This document shows positions 24,716 through 25,420 of a stretch of 25,420 nt of DNA, one piece after another. Origin of the DNA: a virus (taxonomy: Duplodnaviria; Caudoviricetes); IMG/VR virus record IMGVR_UViG_3300020044_006944, positions 1 through 25,420 of that record; one strand, written 5' to 3'. Both the position numbers and the translations under genes were made by a program. Positions within the stretch are counted from its first letter, which is position 1. Each line of letters begins with the position of its first letter. Under the pieces are notes generated by a model. The model did no database searches, was not told the origin of the DNA, and saw nothing but the letters and a program-made list of their open reading frames with translations.

Positions 24716-25420
24716 ATGTTTGCAATTACTGGTTCCATGATCGCAACTATCGGCAGTGCTGTAATTGGTGGCGCAATGGCTAAAAGCGCCGCAAGCGATG
24801 CCGCAGAAGCACAACAAGAGGCAGTGGATAAAAGTATTGCGGCGCAAAAAGAAGCCGCAAAACTTGATCCTCGCGTACAACAATTAATATATGGCGACGC
24901 TACTGCACCTGAGCCAAGATTAAAAGCTGGTGTTACACCTATCTATGGTCAACCTGAACCAGTAACAAAAACAAGAACAGCCTTCCGTCCATCGACTGCC
25001 ACTGTAGACGATGCTGGCAACCAAGTTTTAATCCCATATGACGAGGTTTATACTGATCTTGGTCAAAAAAGACTTATTAATCCTGCATCTGATTACGAAA
25101 CGCCAGCGCAAGACACCGGAATTATTGGAAAAATTGGCGGTTTGCTAAACGTTCAACCTAGCGCAGATACTGAAAAATTTAACCAATCATTAAATACTTA
25201 TTTTGGCAACAATGCTATTTCAGATTTAGCGCAAATTAGGAATACAGCATTGGGGTTCCAAACAGGGGAAACTCCTGTTAATACAATGCAGGCAAGAACA
25301 ATTAATGCGCCTTCTCAATCAAATATTGATTTGCAGCAAGCATATAGGGATGTTATATATGGCAATTCCGCTGAAAATCCTTATCTTACAGGCGCATTGC
25401 AAGGTGGTATTGACCAAAGT
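24716..25420 (+). CDS. probable DNA ejection / internal virion protein (3'-truncated; not in ORF track)
   Basis: Frame open for 235 codons to the window edge: MFAITGSMIATIGSAVIGGAMAKSAASDAAEAQQEA...; G/A-rich hydrophobic N-terminus typical of P22 gp7-type proteins; SD AGGGG. Confidence 0.75.
   Translation, partial: MFAITGSMIATIGSAVIGGAMAKSAASDAAEAQQEAVDKSIAAQKEAAKLDPRVQQLIYGDATAPEPRLKAGVTPIYGQPEPVTKTRTAFRPSTATVDDAGNQVLIPYDEVYTDLGQKRLINPASDYETPAQDTGIIGKIGGLLNVQPSADTEKFNQSLNTYFGNNAISDLAQIRNTALGFQTGETPVNTMQARTINAPSQSNIDLQQAYRDVIYGNSAENPYLTGALQGGIDQS

Noticed and set aside
9842-24883. Numerous minus-strand and alternate-frame ORFs inside late genes
   Set aside because: Shadow ORFs fully overlapping well-supported + strand structural genes.

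Overview
AT-rich fragment of a tailed dsDNA phage (or prophage) with lambdoid early organisation and a P22-like (podovirus) head and tail module. Left arm, minus strand, 1-3118: two duplicated Gly-X repeat micro-genes, a DUF6948-like protein, SSB, an ERF recombinase and several small ORFs. Divergent sigma70 promoters at about 3154-3236 have no repressor gene between them. Right early arm, 3265-7287: Cro-like HTH, second HTH, NinB, a c4-like structured RNA, DUF1376 initiator, lambda-P-like loader and NinG. A counter-oriented accessory island (7298-8733) holds two parallel promoter/operator-ORF-HTH cassettes plus two small membrane peptides missed by the ORF track. A control region (8875-9051) has three TGTGA-N6-TCACA boxes and an 11-bp tandem array. 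The late arm follows: terS, terL, portal, a 5-gene insert, scaffold, coat, decoration protein, adaptor, fibre, nozzle, cupin and a truncated ejection protein. No integrase, cI, Q or lysis gene is recognisable in the window. All family calls come from motif recognition by eye, and all counts were made by hand; no database search was run.
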